Shown in pieces: positions 38,356 through 47,711 of a stretch of 64,000 nucleotides of DNA. The DNA is taken from positions 576,001 to 640,000 of the forward strand of contig CAVPSB010000013.1 of assembly GCA_963708025.1 (NCBI GenBank). Direction: 5' to 3'. Each line of letters starts with the position of its first letter. Position 1 is the first letter of the stretch. A program made the position numbers and the translations under genes. The DNA is from an uncultured Candidatus Rokubacteria bacterium (lineage in GTDB: Bacteria; Methylomirabilota; Methylomirabilia; Rokubacteriales; DASRDR01). Below the pieces are notes generated by a model. The model saw only the letters and a program-made list of their open reading frames with translations. It made no database searches and was not told the DNA's origin.

Positions 38356-38820
38356 CTACCCGGACTTCCCGCGCGCCGTGAGCCGAAGGATGGTGGACCT
38401 CAGGGTGAGGACGAACATGAGCGCGCCGCCGATCGGCAGCGCGGCGTAGAACCACACCATCGAGACGCCCAGCGTGACCGTGCTCTGCTCCCGCACCGAC
38501 GGCATCATCATCAGCGACGCGACGACGAGCAGGGCCAGGAAGCACAGGACCACGAGCTCGGAGACGAGGTAGACGGCGCGGGCCGCGAGCGGCGGCAGCG
38601 CGTCCGTCAGGAAGGTGAGCCGGAGGTGCCCGTCCTCGTACACCAGCAGGGTGGCGGTGAGCATCGCGGTCCAGACCATCAGGTAGCGGCTCAGCTCGTT
38701 GGTGATGATCAGCGAGGTGCCGGCCAGGTTCCGGAGGGCGATCTCCACGATCACCAGCAGCGTGATCGTGCCCATGAGGGCGGTGACCACGTATTCGAGC
38801 GCCCGGATCAGGATCCGCAC
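38356..38820 (-). CDS. dctQ: TRAP transporter small permease
   Basis: ELSRYLMVW, HL...F, 4 TM segments. Confidence 0.88.
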   Translation of the reverse strand: MRILIRALEYVVTALMGTITLLVIVEIALRNLAGTSLIITNELSRYLMVWTAMLTATLLVYEDGHLRLTFLTDALPPLAARAVYLVSELVVLCFLALLVVASLMMMPSVREQSTVTLGVSMVWFYAALPIGGALMFVLTLRSTILRLTARGKSG

Positions 38821-38962
38821 GTCTCACCCCCCTGGAGCACGCTTCACCGCGATCCGAACCTCGGTGGGACGCGCGCCGCGGGTGGCCGGGGCGCCCGCCG
38901 CGCGTGGGCGGGATGGCAGCCCCGGCGACCGCCCTCGGGCGGCCGCCGGGCCAGCCGGTCGG

Positions 38963-39962
38963 TCAGTTCGAGGCCTTCACGATCTCGTTGACGATGGCGC
39001 GCCCATCGTCGCCGAGCTCTCCGTAGGCTTCCCGATAGACGGACTGCGCGGTCGAGCGGAAGTGCGCCAGGGTCTCCCCGGGAACCTGGTTGATCTTCAT
39101 CACCTCGCCGAGCTTCCCCATGATGTCCCGGTTGTAGTCGTCGGCGGTCTTCCGCTCGAAGACGGTCGCCGCGGCAGCGGCCTTCATGATCGCGTCCTGG
39201 ACGTCCTTGGGCAGCTTGGCCAGGGTCGCCCCGCTCATCACGAACATGGTCGGATCGTTCGAGTGCCCGGTCAGGGAGTAGAACTTCTGGAATTCGAAGA
39301 CCCGGTAGGGGTACATGACCGCCGGCGGGTTTTCCTGGCCGTCGATGACCCCCCCTTGGAGAGCCGGCATGACCTCGGCCCAGTCCATGGGGGTCGGGAT
39401 CGCGCCGAGCTTCCGGAAGAAGGCGACGTGCACCGGCGAGGGCAGCGTGCGCAGCTTGAGACCCCGGATGTCCTCGGGCTTGACGATCGGCCGGCGGCTG
39501 TTCGAGACGTGCCGGAAGCCGTTCTCCCACCAGCCGAGGATCCGGAGGCCTTGACGGCCCACCAGCTCCTGCAGCCGCTTCCCGACGTCGCCGTCGAGGA
39601 GGCGGAACATGGTGTCGGCGTCCTTCCACATGTAGGGGAAGGAGACCGAGACCAGGACCGGCGCGTAGCGGCTCACGTGGGTCGAGCCGGCGATGACGAA
39701 GTTGACGCTGCCGACCTTGGCCATCTCGAGCGCTTCACGGTTCGACCCGAGCGAGTTGCTGCGGAAGACGGTCACCTTGACCCGGCCGTCGGTCAGGCGG
39801 GCCGTCTCGTCCGCGAAGCGATGCGCGGCCCGGTCGAAGACGTCCCCTTCGGGGGCGTAGCTGGCGAACCGGAGGTTGAACTGCGCTTGCGCGAGCGCCA
39901 CCCCCATGCTCGCGTGCAGCACGAGCGCCGCGACCCCAATGACCCGTAGCGTGCTTGCGCAT
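38963..39962 (-). CDS. dctP: TRAP transporter substrate-binding protein; frameshift a few codons after start
   Basis: CAGGAGG RBS + ATG 39962; signal VIGVAALVLHASMGVALA; ENGFRH.SN..RPI.KPED..GLKLR, GVIDGQENP. Confidence 0.9.
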
Positions 39963-40053
39963 GTGGTCCTCCTGTTCGGGAACGGTCGCCAATCCAGGGT
40001 CCAGCCCGATCGCCGGGTGCCGCCTCGTGCCAGCCGTATCGCCGCCGGGGCCG

Positions 40054-40083
40054 ATTGTATGGCCCGGCAAATTCCCCCGTCAA
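40054..40083 (-). promoter_or_regulatory. Sigma70-type promoter of TRAP operon
   Basis: TTGACG-18 bp-TACAAT. Confidence 0.5.
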
Positions 40084-40101
40084 TCCCACCGCCGCCGTCG
40101 A

Positions 40102-41307
40102 CTACGGTGTCGAGAAGCCCGTCCCCCGGATGTAGTTCCAGACCTTGATCCGGTTGGCGATCGCCGGGCCGCCCGAGCTGAGCAGCGTGAGGGCGTCGCG
40201 ATGGTACTTCTCCACCGGATGTCCCCGCATGATCCCGTAGCCGCCGAACAGCTCCATCGCCTTCTGGGTGACCCGCACCGCCATGTCGGTGGCGAACACC
40301 TTGCACATGGTGGTGACGGTGGGGTCGGCGCCCTTCTCGTAGCGGGCGACCCAGCCGGCCCGATGGATCATCGAGCGGGCGGCCTCGACCTGGATCCTCA
40401 TCTCGGCCAGCTCGACCCCCACCGCCTGCTGCTCGAGAAGCGGCCGGCCGCCCTGGACCCGCGTCCGGGCGTGCTCCGTGGCCGCCTCCAGGGCGGCCCG
40501 GGCCAGGCCCACCGCCGCCGCGCCCTCGACGTAGGCGTGGCTCTCCCGCGTGATGAAGCCGATCGTGGCCGAGGCCCGGTTGATCTCCCCCACCGTGTTG
40601 GCGGTGGGCACCCGGACATCCCGGAACACGACCGCCGAGTTGTTCACGAAGCGCTGGCCGATCTTGTCGTGGATCGTCTCCACCGAGACGCCCGGCGCAT
40701 CGAGCGGGACCAGGATGCAGGTGGTCCCCTCCAGGAGGCCCCTGGTCGGGTCGGTGCGGCAGTAGACGAACATCACGCGGGCCTCGGCGCCGTGGGTGAC
40801 GAACTGCTTGCGCGCGTTGATCCGCCAGGAGTCGCCCTCCATCACGGCGCTGGCCCGCAGGCCGCAGTCGGGGTGGTGGTACGGGATCAGGTTGTCCGAG
40901 CCGTACAGGTCCTCGGTGATCCCGCCGGCGAGGACGTGCTCGGGATCCCGGAGGAACGGCTGGTAGAAGCGCGCCCGCTGCGCCTCGTCGAGGGCCTCTG
41001 CCAAAAGCCGGCTGTACAGCCAGGTCTGGGAGAAGAGGATGGCGATCCCCAGGTCGCCCCGGGCCAGCTCCTCGCCCGCCAGGCACAGGGCCACCGGGTC
41101 GGCGCCGCCGCCGCCGTCGGCCTCGGGGACCGCCAGCGTCCGCAGGCCGACCCGCGAGCCCTCCCGGACGAGGTGCCAGGGGTACCGCTGCCGGGGATCC
41201 GTCACCGTGTATTCCGCGGTCTTGTCGAGTGCGTCGACGAACCGCTCCCGGAAGTCCCGGGCCATCTCCTGGATCGCGCGCTGCCGCGCGGTCAGTCCGA
41301 ACTCCAT
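40102..41307 (-). CDS. Acyl-CoA dehydrogenase family protein
   Basis: EELARGD, ITE..GSD, IN..KQFVT.G, R.QGGR.L, FGGYG....PVEKY.RDA. Confidence 0.9.
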   Translation of the reverse strand: MEFGLTARQRAIQEMARDFRERFVDALDKTAEYTVTDPRQRYPWHLVREGSRVGLRTLAVPEADGGGGADPVALCLAGEELARGDLGIAILFSQTWLYSRLLAEALDEAQRARFYQPFLRDPEHVLAGGITEDLYGSDNLIPYHHPDCGLRASAVMEGDSWRINARKQFVTHGAEARVMFVYCRTDPTRGLLEGTTCILVPLDAPGVSVETIHDKIGQRFVNNSAVVFRDVRVPTANTVGEINRASATIGFITRESHAYVEGAAAVGLARAALEAATEHARTRVQGGRPLLEQQAVGVELAEMRIQVEAARSMIHRAGWVARYEKGADPTVTTMCKVFATDMAVRVTQKAMELFGGYGIMRGHPVEKYHRDALTLLSSGGPAIANRIKVWNYIRGTGFSTP

Positions 41308-41362
41308 GGCGTCCCCTCGTTCGCGCCCGGATGGCACCGGGCTGGACCGGGTCGGTGGTCGG

Positions 41363-41469
41363 CTAGTGCCGTTCCAACTTGCTCCAGCTAGTGCTTTCGA
41401 GGGATGCGACAAGTCCGTGCTTCAAGAATCGCTTGCCCATTTTGGCTCATGCAGTTGGAACGGCACTAG
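41363..41469. mobile_element. MITE-like non-autonomous element with perfect terminal inverted repeats, CTAG at both ends
   Basis: GCTAGTGCCGTTCCAACT (41362-41379) and exact reverse complement AGTTGGAACGGCACTAGC (41453-41470); AT-richer non-coding interior. Confidence 0.8.
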
Positions 41470-42254
41470 CGGTCGAAGACCTGTCGGGCGATGACGGCGC
41501 CGCGTCGGGCCAGGGAGTCGCCGGCGTAGAAGCTCAGGTGGAAGAAGAGCTCCTTGATGCTCGCTTCGGTGAGCCCGAGGCGGCGCGCCGCGCGGACGTA
41601 GCTGCCGATCGCCCGGTCGGTGCCGACGACCGTCAGCGCGGTCAGGGTGCACAGGCACCGGCTCTGCACGTCCAGCCCCGGTCGGGTCCAGATGGAGCCC
41701 CACAGGTACTCGAGCAGGTATCTCTCCCAGTCCCGGTTGACCTCGTCCCCCGCCGCGAAGTCGCCGTCGGGGGCGTCGCCCATCACCTGACGCCGCGTGG
41801 CCACTCCGCGGCGATACAGCGCCTCCGGGTCCTCGCCGGGGTCGTAGACCCGGTAGGGATGCACCGGGATCCCCCGCTCCTTGAACACGACGTAAGCGAT
41901 CTCGAGCGCCGTGTTGGCGATCGGCGCGCCGACGTAGAAGATCAGCTGGAGCAGCGCCTCGACGATCTGGGCCGCGGTGAACCCGACGTCCAGCCCGCTG
42001 TGGATGTGCCCCTTCAGGTTGTCGTCCCGGCGCAACACGGTGATGACGGAGATCGTCGCCAGGCTGCGCTGCTCGATGGAGAGCCCCGGCCGCGCCCACA
42101 AGCTGCCGAAGCAGGCCTCGCGGACGATGCGCCACTGGTCCGGCGAGATGTCCACCATGGTGACGTTCGGGACGGGGACGCCGTCGGCATCCACCCGCCC
42201 GAGTCGCGCGAGGACGGGCTGGCTCGCCCGGAACCGCTCTTCGAGAGTCGCCAT
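41466..42254 (-). CDS. Carboxymuconolactone decarboxylase family protein with two CMD domains
   Basis: FGSLWARPGL....RSL.T and WGSIWTRPGLD...R.L.T; Q..FY.G and HL.FYAG. Confidence 0.88.
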   Translation of the reverse strand: MATLEERFRASQPVLARLGRVDADGVPVPNVTMVDISPDQWRIVREACFGSLWARPGLSIEQRSLATISVITVLRRDDNLKGHIHSGLDVGFTAAQIVEALLQLIFYVGAPIANTALEIAYVVFKERGIPVHPYRVYDPGEDPEALYRRGVATRRQVMGDAPDGDFAAGDEVNRDWERYLLEYLWGSIWTRPGLDVQSRCLCTLTALTVVGTDRAIGSYVRAARRLGLTEASIKELFFHLSFYAGDSLARRGAVIARQVFDR

Positions 42255-42294
42255 GGTGTCTCCTGGATCCGGAAAGTGCGGGGTGTCCCGGCGG

Positions 42295-43299
42295 TCAATC
42301 CTCGTACGAGAGCAGGATTCCCATCGTCTCCTCCGGGTGAGAGTCCAGGAGGGCGTACGCCTCCGGAGCGCGCGAGAACGGCAGCACGTGGGTCACCGGG
42401 GTGACGAGGGCTTCGTCGGCCAGCAAGCGGAAGACGGTCTGCATGCGACGCTCCAGGGTCCACCGGGGCTGGAGGCCGGCGCCGATGTGGCGGACCTGCG
42501 AGCTCGTGATGTGCTGCCGCCGGAAGTGGAACTCCGGCGCCAGCACCAGGGGCACGCTCTTCGCCCCGAAGAACGAGACGACGGCGATGGTGCCCTCCTG
42601 TCCAGTCGTCTGGACGGCCTGCTGGAGCGCCGCCGGCGCGCCGCTCGCCTCGATGCTGACGTCCGCCCCCCGCCCCTGCGTCAGCTCCTCGATCGCGGCG
42701 GGCGCCTCCGCCGGCGCGACGGCGGCGTCCGCCCCCCAGTCGAGCGCGATCCGGCGCCGCCGCTCGATCGGGTCCACGACCAGGAGGGCGCCCGCCGTGC
42801 GCCGGGCGAGCTGCGCGCAGAAGCTGCCCACCACCCCCTGTCCGTACACGACGACCGCGTCGCCGATGCGAACCGGCACGTCGAGCATGCAGGTCACGGC
42901 GACGTCGAGCAGGTTGGCGAACGCGGCGCGCTTCGGCGGGAGGTCGGGCGGCAGCCGGTAGAGGAGGAAGGGCTTGTTCCGGATCGTGAAGACTTCCTGG
43001 TGCGGGTGACGCGCGAAGACGCGCTGCCCGGGCTCGTAGCCGGACTGCGCGCCCGCGCGCTCGACCACGCCCACGATCTGGTAGGAGTACTTGACCGGAA
43101 ACCGGAGGCTGCCCGCGAACGTCTCCAGGCCCAGGTTCCCGTCGGGGCCGACCTCCCCGCGGTACACCCGCATCTCCGTCCCGGCGCTGATGAGCGACGT
43201 GATCCCTCGGACGAGCACCTGATCGTCAGCCGGGTCGGCGACGGGCTCCTCGCGAAGCTCCGCCCGACGGGGAGCGGCGAACCACAGGGCCCGCGTCAC
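42295..43299 (-). CDS. Zinc-binding (MDR superfamily) dehydrogenase
   Basis: SLISAGTE, V.GQGVVG, D.SIEASG, WT..RR. Confidence 0.85.
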   Translation of the reverse strand: MTRALWFAAPRRAELREEPVADPADDQVLVRGITSLISAGTEMRVYRGEVGPDGNLGLETFAGSLRFPVKYSYQIVGVVERAGAQSGYEPGQRVFARHPHQEVFTIRNKPFLLYRLPPDLPPKRAAFANLLDVAVTCMLDVPVRIGDAVVVYGQGVVGSFCAQLARRTAGALLVVDPIERRRRIALDWGADAAVAPAEAPAAIEELTQGRGADVSIEASGAPAALQQAVQTTGQEGTIAVVSFFGAKSVPLVLAPEFHFRRQHITSSQVRHIGAGLQPRWTLERRMQTVFRLLADEALVTPVTHVLPFSRAPEAYALLDSHPEETMGILLSYED

Positions 43300-43629
43300 G
43301 CCATCGCGCCTCGACACTCGCCTAGGCCTCCACTTTCCTGGTTCGCCGTGAGGAGGGATCGCGGAGCGTTGCCCTGCCGGAGACGCCGAGCCGGCCGGCG
43401 GTACGCCCCCAGGACGCGCCAACGATACCCTAGATCGTGCCCCGCGCGCATGACCACGGGTCGGTCCGCGGCGCCAGAGCCATGCCGGGTCGAGCCTGGT
43501 CGCCCCGCCCGAAGGTGAGCAGGTCAACTGTGGAGCCGTGAGCCTGACGTTAACGAGTGCCCCACACGCAACTCGCCCACTACATGGCCGGCCTGCCGTC
43601 GACCTCCACGCCCCCGTGAGGGTGCCGAC

Positions 43630-44086
43630 TCAGCCTCCGTACTCCATGATGTAGAGCCCGGCGTTGTAGTCGGTGCAGTACACGATGCCGCTCGCGTCGA
43701 CGAAGACGTCGGCGGACTGGATCACGCGGGGCCGGTTGGGCCGGTGATCCACGAGACGGGCCGGGGCCGGGGGGACCAGGGCCGCCACCTCCACCGGACG
43801 GTGCGGGTCGCGGATGTCGAACACCCGCACGCCGGCGTTCTGGTAGGTGGCGAAGATCAGCTCCGAGCTGACCAGGCTGCCCGGCCGGTTCTCGTGGATG
43901 TTGTGCGGGCCGAAGTGGCCTCCCCGGGCGACGTAGTCGGCCTCGGCCGGCGTCGGCAGGGTCGCGATGCTGATCGGGTTGATGGACCATGACCTGCACG
44001 CCGTCCGGCCGGCCGCCCTGATCGGACCAGCCGAGGAGCCGCATGTTGCGGGCGTGGTCCGGTGCCGGAAGGCTCTCGGTCGTCAT
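43630..44086 (-). pseudogene. LVIVD-repeat protein with large internal deletion
   Basis: N-terminus NMRLLGWSDQGGRPDGVQVMVH joined out of frame near 43980 to C-terminal NPISIATLPTP..FGPHNIHENRP..YQNAGVRVFDI.DP..P.EV..DVFVD..G..Y.TD.NAGLYI.EY. Confidence 0.8.
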
Positions 44087-44104
44087 CGAAAAAACAGCAT
44101 GGCA

Positions 44105-44458
44105 TCAGTCCTCCGGGGGGACGTCGATCATCAGGGTCACGAGGGGCTCCTCGCCCACGGGAACGACGTCGTGAAAGACGCCCGGTCGGATGTACAGCGT
44201 ATCGCCGGCCTGGAGCAGGAACGGCGGGTCCCCGTCCAGGAAGATCTGCGCCCGGCCGGCCACGATGTAGGCGACGTGCTCGCATCGCTCGTGCTTGTGG
44301 CCTCCTCCGGAGGGCACCCCCACCGGCGTGCTCGTCAGCTTCACGCGCACGTTTGGGGTGAGATCCTCACCGACCAGCACCTTCACGGCGACCGGCACGT
44401 CGCCCGGATGCTTGCCGTCGGATCCCCCACCAGGACGGACCAGCCGATAGCGCTCCAT
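44105..44458 (-). CDS. Cupin domain protein
   Basis: GHKHERCEHVAYIVAG, GDTLYI.PGVFH. Confidence 0.85.
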   Translation of the reverse strand: MERYRLVRPGGGSDGKHPGDVPVAVKVLVGEDLTPNVRVKLTSTPVGVPSGGGHKHERCEHVAYIVAGRAQIFLDGDPPFLLQAGDTLYIRPGVFHDVVPVGEEPLVTLMIDVPPED

Positions 44459-44538
44459 CGGGCGCCTCCTTCCCGGTTGGCCGGGTCACGCGGACCGCCA
44501 CCGCGGTCCGCGGTCGGGTTGTCGTCACATGACGGCCG

Positions 44539-45785
44539 TCATCCGGTCCGCCCCAGGCCATCCACGAGGAAATGCGGCATGGCGATGTAGCGCAGCATCG
44601 CGTGCGGATCCTGCAGCAGCTTCCACGTCGCCCGGTCGTCGTCGGTCTCGAGGTTCACCCCCAGATGCGTGCCGAGCTTGCGCCCGTGCCGCATGACGCG
44701 CTCGCCGATCGGCTGCCGCACGGTCTCGAAGCGCGCGAGCCCCGCCTCGACGTCGACGCCGGGCGGTGCCAGCGCGTCCGCGAGCGCCCGCGCGTCCTCG
44801 GCCGCCTTCGAGACGCCGTACCCCATGTGGGGCCGTCCGACCGACGCGGCATCGCCGATCAGGGCGACGCGGCCGAAGACCATCCGGGGCGAGGCGTGGT
44901 CGTAGATCGGCGTGAAGAACGGGCGCTCGATCCGGCGCAGCACGTCGAGGAACGGGGGGGCCATCACCGCCTCCGCGTCGCGCCGCATGGCGGCGATGAC
45001 CTCCTCGCGGATGAGCGGCGGGGCGATCGAGAACGCGTGGTGCCGGCCCTCGGCGTCGGTGCACATCTCCCGGAGTCCCTCGTCGTCGATGACCCGATAC
45101 CAGATGAAGTTGTAGCGCCGGAGGCCGGGCCGCGTCTCGTTGTCGAGCCCGGCGATGGGGTAGCCGAGAACCTGCTGGCGCGCGGGCAGGTAGAAGGTGA
45201 AGTACGGAAAGATCGACCGGCGCGTCTCGGCGGCCAGCGAGGCCTCGGCGGGCGCGCCCCGCCACACCACGTACCCCGCGTAGATCGGCTGGACCTCGGG
45301 CGCCAGCTGACCCCGGACGCTCGAGCGGAACCCGTCGGCGCCGACCAGGAGGTCGGCCCGCTCGGAGCGGCCCTCCGCGAACCGCACCGTGACGCCGGCG
45401 GCGTCCTGCTCGACCCGCTCGAACGTGTGCCCCAGATGGTAGTGCGCGTCGGGCACCAGACCGCGCAGCATGCGCTGGAGCCGGTCCCAGGAGGTCAGGA
45501 TCTGGCGCAGGGACCGCTCCCCGATGACGCGCCCGGTGGCGTCGATCAGGATGCGCTTCTCGACCTCGACGCCCAGGTCGCGGGTCCCGGCGCCGCTCAG
45601 CTCGAGGGCGTCCAGCAGCTCCGGGTGGGCGGTGATGCCGGCCCCCCGGCCCACCAGCTCGACGCCGGAGCGCTCGAAGACGTCGGCGTCCCAGCCGGCC
45701 CGGCGCAGGAAGGCGGCGGTGAACAGGCCGGACATCGACCCGCCGATCACGATGGCGCGTCGCCCGACCCGCCGGATGCTGCCAT
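44539..45785 (-). CDS. FAD-dependent monooxygenase, 2,6-dihydroxypyridine 3-hydroxylase (DhpH)-like
   Basis: IGGSMSGL, GRGAGI, GADG.RS.VR, YAGY..WRG, RRYNFIWY, LIGDAA...RPH.G.GV.KA; ATG at 45785 is one base out of frame (probable indel). Confidence 0.85.
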
Positions 45786-45882
45786 CAAGCGCGCTCAGTT
45801 CGGGACCTCCCGCCCCGACCCCCTCACCCAGGGGGGAGCGGGGCCGGAGGACTCGATTCCGCAGGGCGGCCTCGGTTACGCC

Positions 45883-45920
45883 GGGCAGGATAGAACAGGG
45901 GCGAGCGGCCCGCAACGGCG
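45883..45920 (-). promoter_or_regulatory. Sigma70-type promoter, near-identical to 34507-34544
   Basis: TTGCGG-17 bp-TATCCT. Confidence 0.6.
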
Positions 45921-45970
45921 CCGGATCCTGGCCGGGAGCCTGCTACCAGGAGGCCTGCCATCAGGAGGCC

Positions 45971-45999
45971 TTGACGACCCCGCGGCGCGCGTCTAGCCT
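45971..45999 (+). promoter_or_regulatory. Sigma70-type promoter giving a probable leaderless mRNA
   Basis: TTGACG-17 bp-TAGCCT ending 6 nt before ATG 46006; no SD. Confidence 0.5.
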
Positions 46000-46005
46000 C
46001 CTGAC

Positions 46006-47163
46006 ATGACGACCGCCCCCGGCGAGCAGCCCGTCCCGGCGCGCAGGGCCTTCGGCCGCGACGACCGCGCGGCCCTGCTCTCCCAGGCGGCGTCGCTGCT
46101 GCTCATCGGGGCCGACCTCCGCGGCACCGCCGGCGTGTTACGGGCGCGAGCCGCCGGATGGACGGGGAAGCGCCGGGTCGATCTCGCCCCGGCGCGCGAC
46201 CTCGCCGCGCTGGGCGTCCCCCGGATCGCCGGTCCCCGCCGCCGTGTCCGCCTCGAGGAGCTCCAGAGCGCGCTCGCGAAGCGGTACGGGCCGGCGACGG
46301 CAGCCGCCGTTCAGGCCCGGACACCGGGGGTGGCCTCGGATGTCCTCGCGGACCTGGCCCGACGGTTCATGCGGCGTCCGACGGTGATGAGCGCGGGGCA
46401 GCTCCTCGATGCGTGCCTCGCCCACCCGAACGAGCTGCCGCGGGTGGCTGCGGCCGCCGCCCACGTCCATCTCTCGGCGACACCGGAGCGCGCCCTCGAC
46501 GTGCTCGGCGAGGGCGTCGGAAGCACCGATCCGCTCGTCAGGGACATGGCGGCGACGGCGCTTGCCGACTTCGCCCCGGACGACCCTCGCCTGCGTCCGC
46601 TCCTCGAGCGCCGGCCGGCGTCGTACCCGGGACAGCCGGCGCACACGACGCTTCTGGTCCACGGCACGTGGGCACTCGGCAGCACGTGGTGGCAGCCTGG
46701 CGGCGACTTTCACAGCTACGTCCTGGCCGAGGTCCGCCCCGACCTGTACGCCGCTGCCGACCGCTTCGAGTGGTCCGGCGGCTGGAGCGATTGGGCCCGC
46801 GCCGACGGCGCGGCCAGGCTCCGGACCTGGGTGAGCGACCACCAGCTCGCGGGCCTCGATCTCTTCACTCACAGCCACGGCGGCAGCGTGGCCATGCTGG
46901 CCAGCCAGGCCGGGCTCCAGGTCGGCGAGCTGGTGATGCTGAGCTGCCCCGTGCATCCCGGCAAGTACTTCCCCGACTTCAGCCGGGTGCGTCGGGCGGT
47001 CTCGGTCCGCGTCCACCTCGACTTGGTGATCCTCGTGGACGGAGGCGGCCAGCGCTTCCAGGACTCCCGGATCGAGGAGAACGTGCTCGACCTCTGGTTC
47101 GACCACTTCGCCACGCACGACCCGGCCGTGTGGAAGGCGCACGACGTCCCGGACATGATCTGA
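46006..47163 (+). CDS. HEAT-like repeat + alpha/beta-hydrolase domain protein
   Basis: Helical repeats (HPNELPRVAAAAA, DPLVRDMAATAL); LVHGTW, F.WSG, THSHGG nucleophile elbow, H near C-terminus. Confidence 0.75.
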   Translation: MTTAPGEQPVPARRAFGRDDRAALLSQAASLLLIGADLRGTAGVLRARAAGWTGKRRVDLAPARDLAALGVPRIAGPRRRVRLEELQSALAKRYGPATAAAVQARTPGVASDVLADLARRFMRRPTVMSAGQLLDACLAHPNELPRVAAAAAHVHLSATPERALDVLGEGVGSTDPLVRDMAATALADFAPDDPRLRPLLERRPASYPGQPAHTTLLVHGTWALGSTWWQPGGDFHSYVLAEVRPDLYAAADRFEWSGGWSDWARADGAARLRTWVSDHQLAGLDLFTHSHGGSVAMLASQAGLQVGELVMLSCPVHPGKYFPDFSRVRRAVSVRVHLDLVILVDGGGQRFQDSRIEENVLDLWFDHFATHDPAVWKAHDVPDMI

Positions 47164-47185
47164 TCTATCCGGGGCAAGCTCGGCC

Positions 47186-47542
47186 ATGCGACTCGACGCC
47201 GTCGCCCGCGTGTGGCTTCAGAGCCTGGTGTGGCGGGCGACGGGATGGCGCCCGGCCGGGCGCGCGGTCGTCCGCGCCCTGGAGAGCCCGGATCCGAACG
47301 TCCGGACGATCGCCGGAATGCTCCTCGTCCGAGCCGGACCGAGGGCGGAGCCGCTCCTTCTCGAAGCGGTCGCGGCGCGCCGGAGCCTCCCGCTCGTCAC
47401 CCAGATCCTCGCCGACATCGGCGACCCCCGCCTCGAGCCGACGCTGGTCGCGCTGAGCCGGGACCACGACCCGGAGGTGGCGCGCGTGGCCCGCGAGGCG
47501 TTGCGCGTCCTGGCGGCGCGGCCCCGGCCCCCATCCTCCTGA
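47186..47542 (+). CDS. Small HEAT-repeat protein
   Basis: L.SPDPNVRTIAG..L...G.RA.P.L; L.DIGD....P.L..L..D.DPEVA..A..AL. Confidence 0.75.
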   Translation: MRLDAVARVWLQSLVWRATGWRPAGRAVVRALESPDPNVRTIAGMLLVRAGPRAEPLLLEAVAARRSLPLVTQILADIGDPRLEPTLVALSRDHDPEVARVAREALRVLAARPRPPSS

Positions 47543-47711
47543 AGCCCCAGCCGGCTCCTCGCGGCCACGGCCTTGCGGCCGTGGCCGCGTCGAAGCGTGT
47601 CGCGCGACCGCTGTGCACGAGCGAGGATCGGTCCCGGGATTGACACGGTCGAGAGGCCGGACGTACTTTGAAGCCTGCAAACGCCCGGCACGGGGTCACG
47701 GGGGAGAGCCG

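Noticed and set aside
43300..43630. Long intergenic region as possible riboswitch
   Set aside because: No recognisable aptamer consensus; an Rfam scan would be needed.
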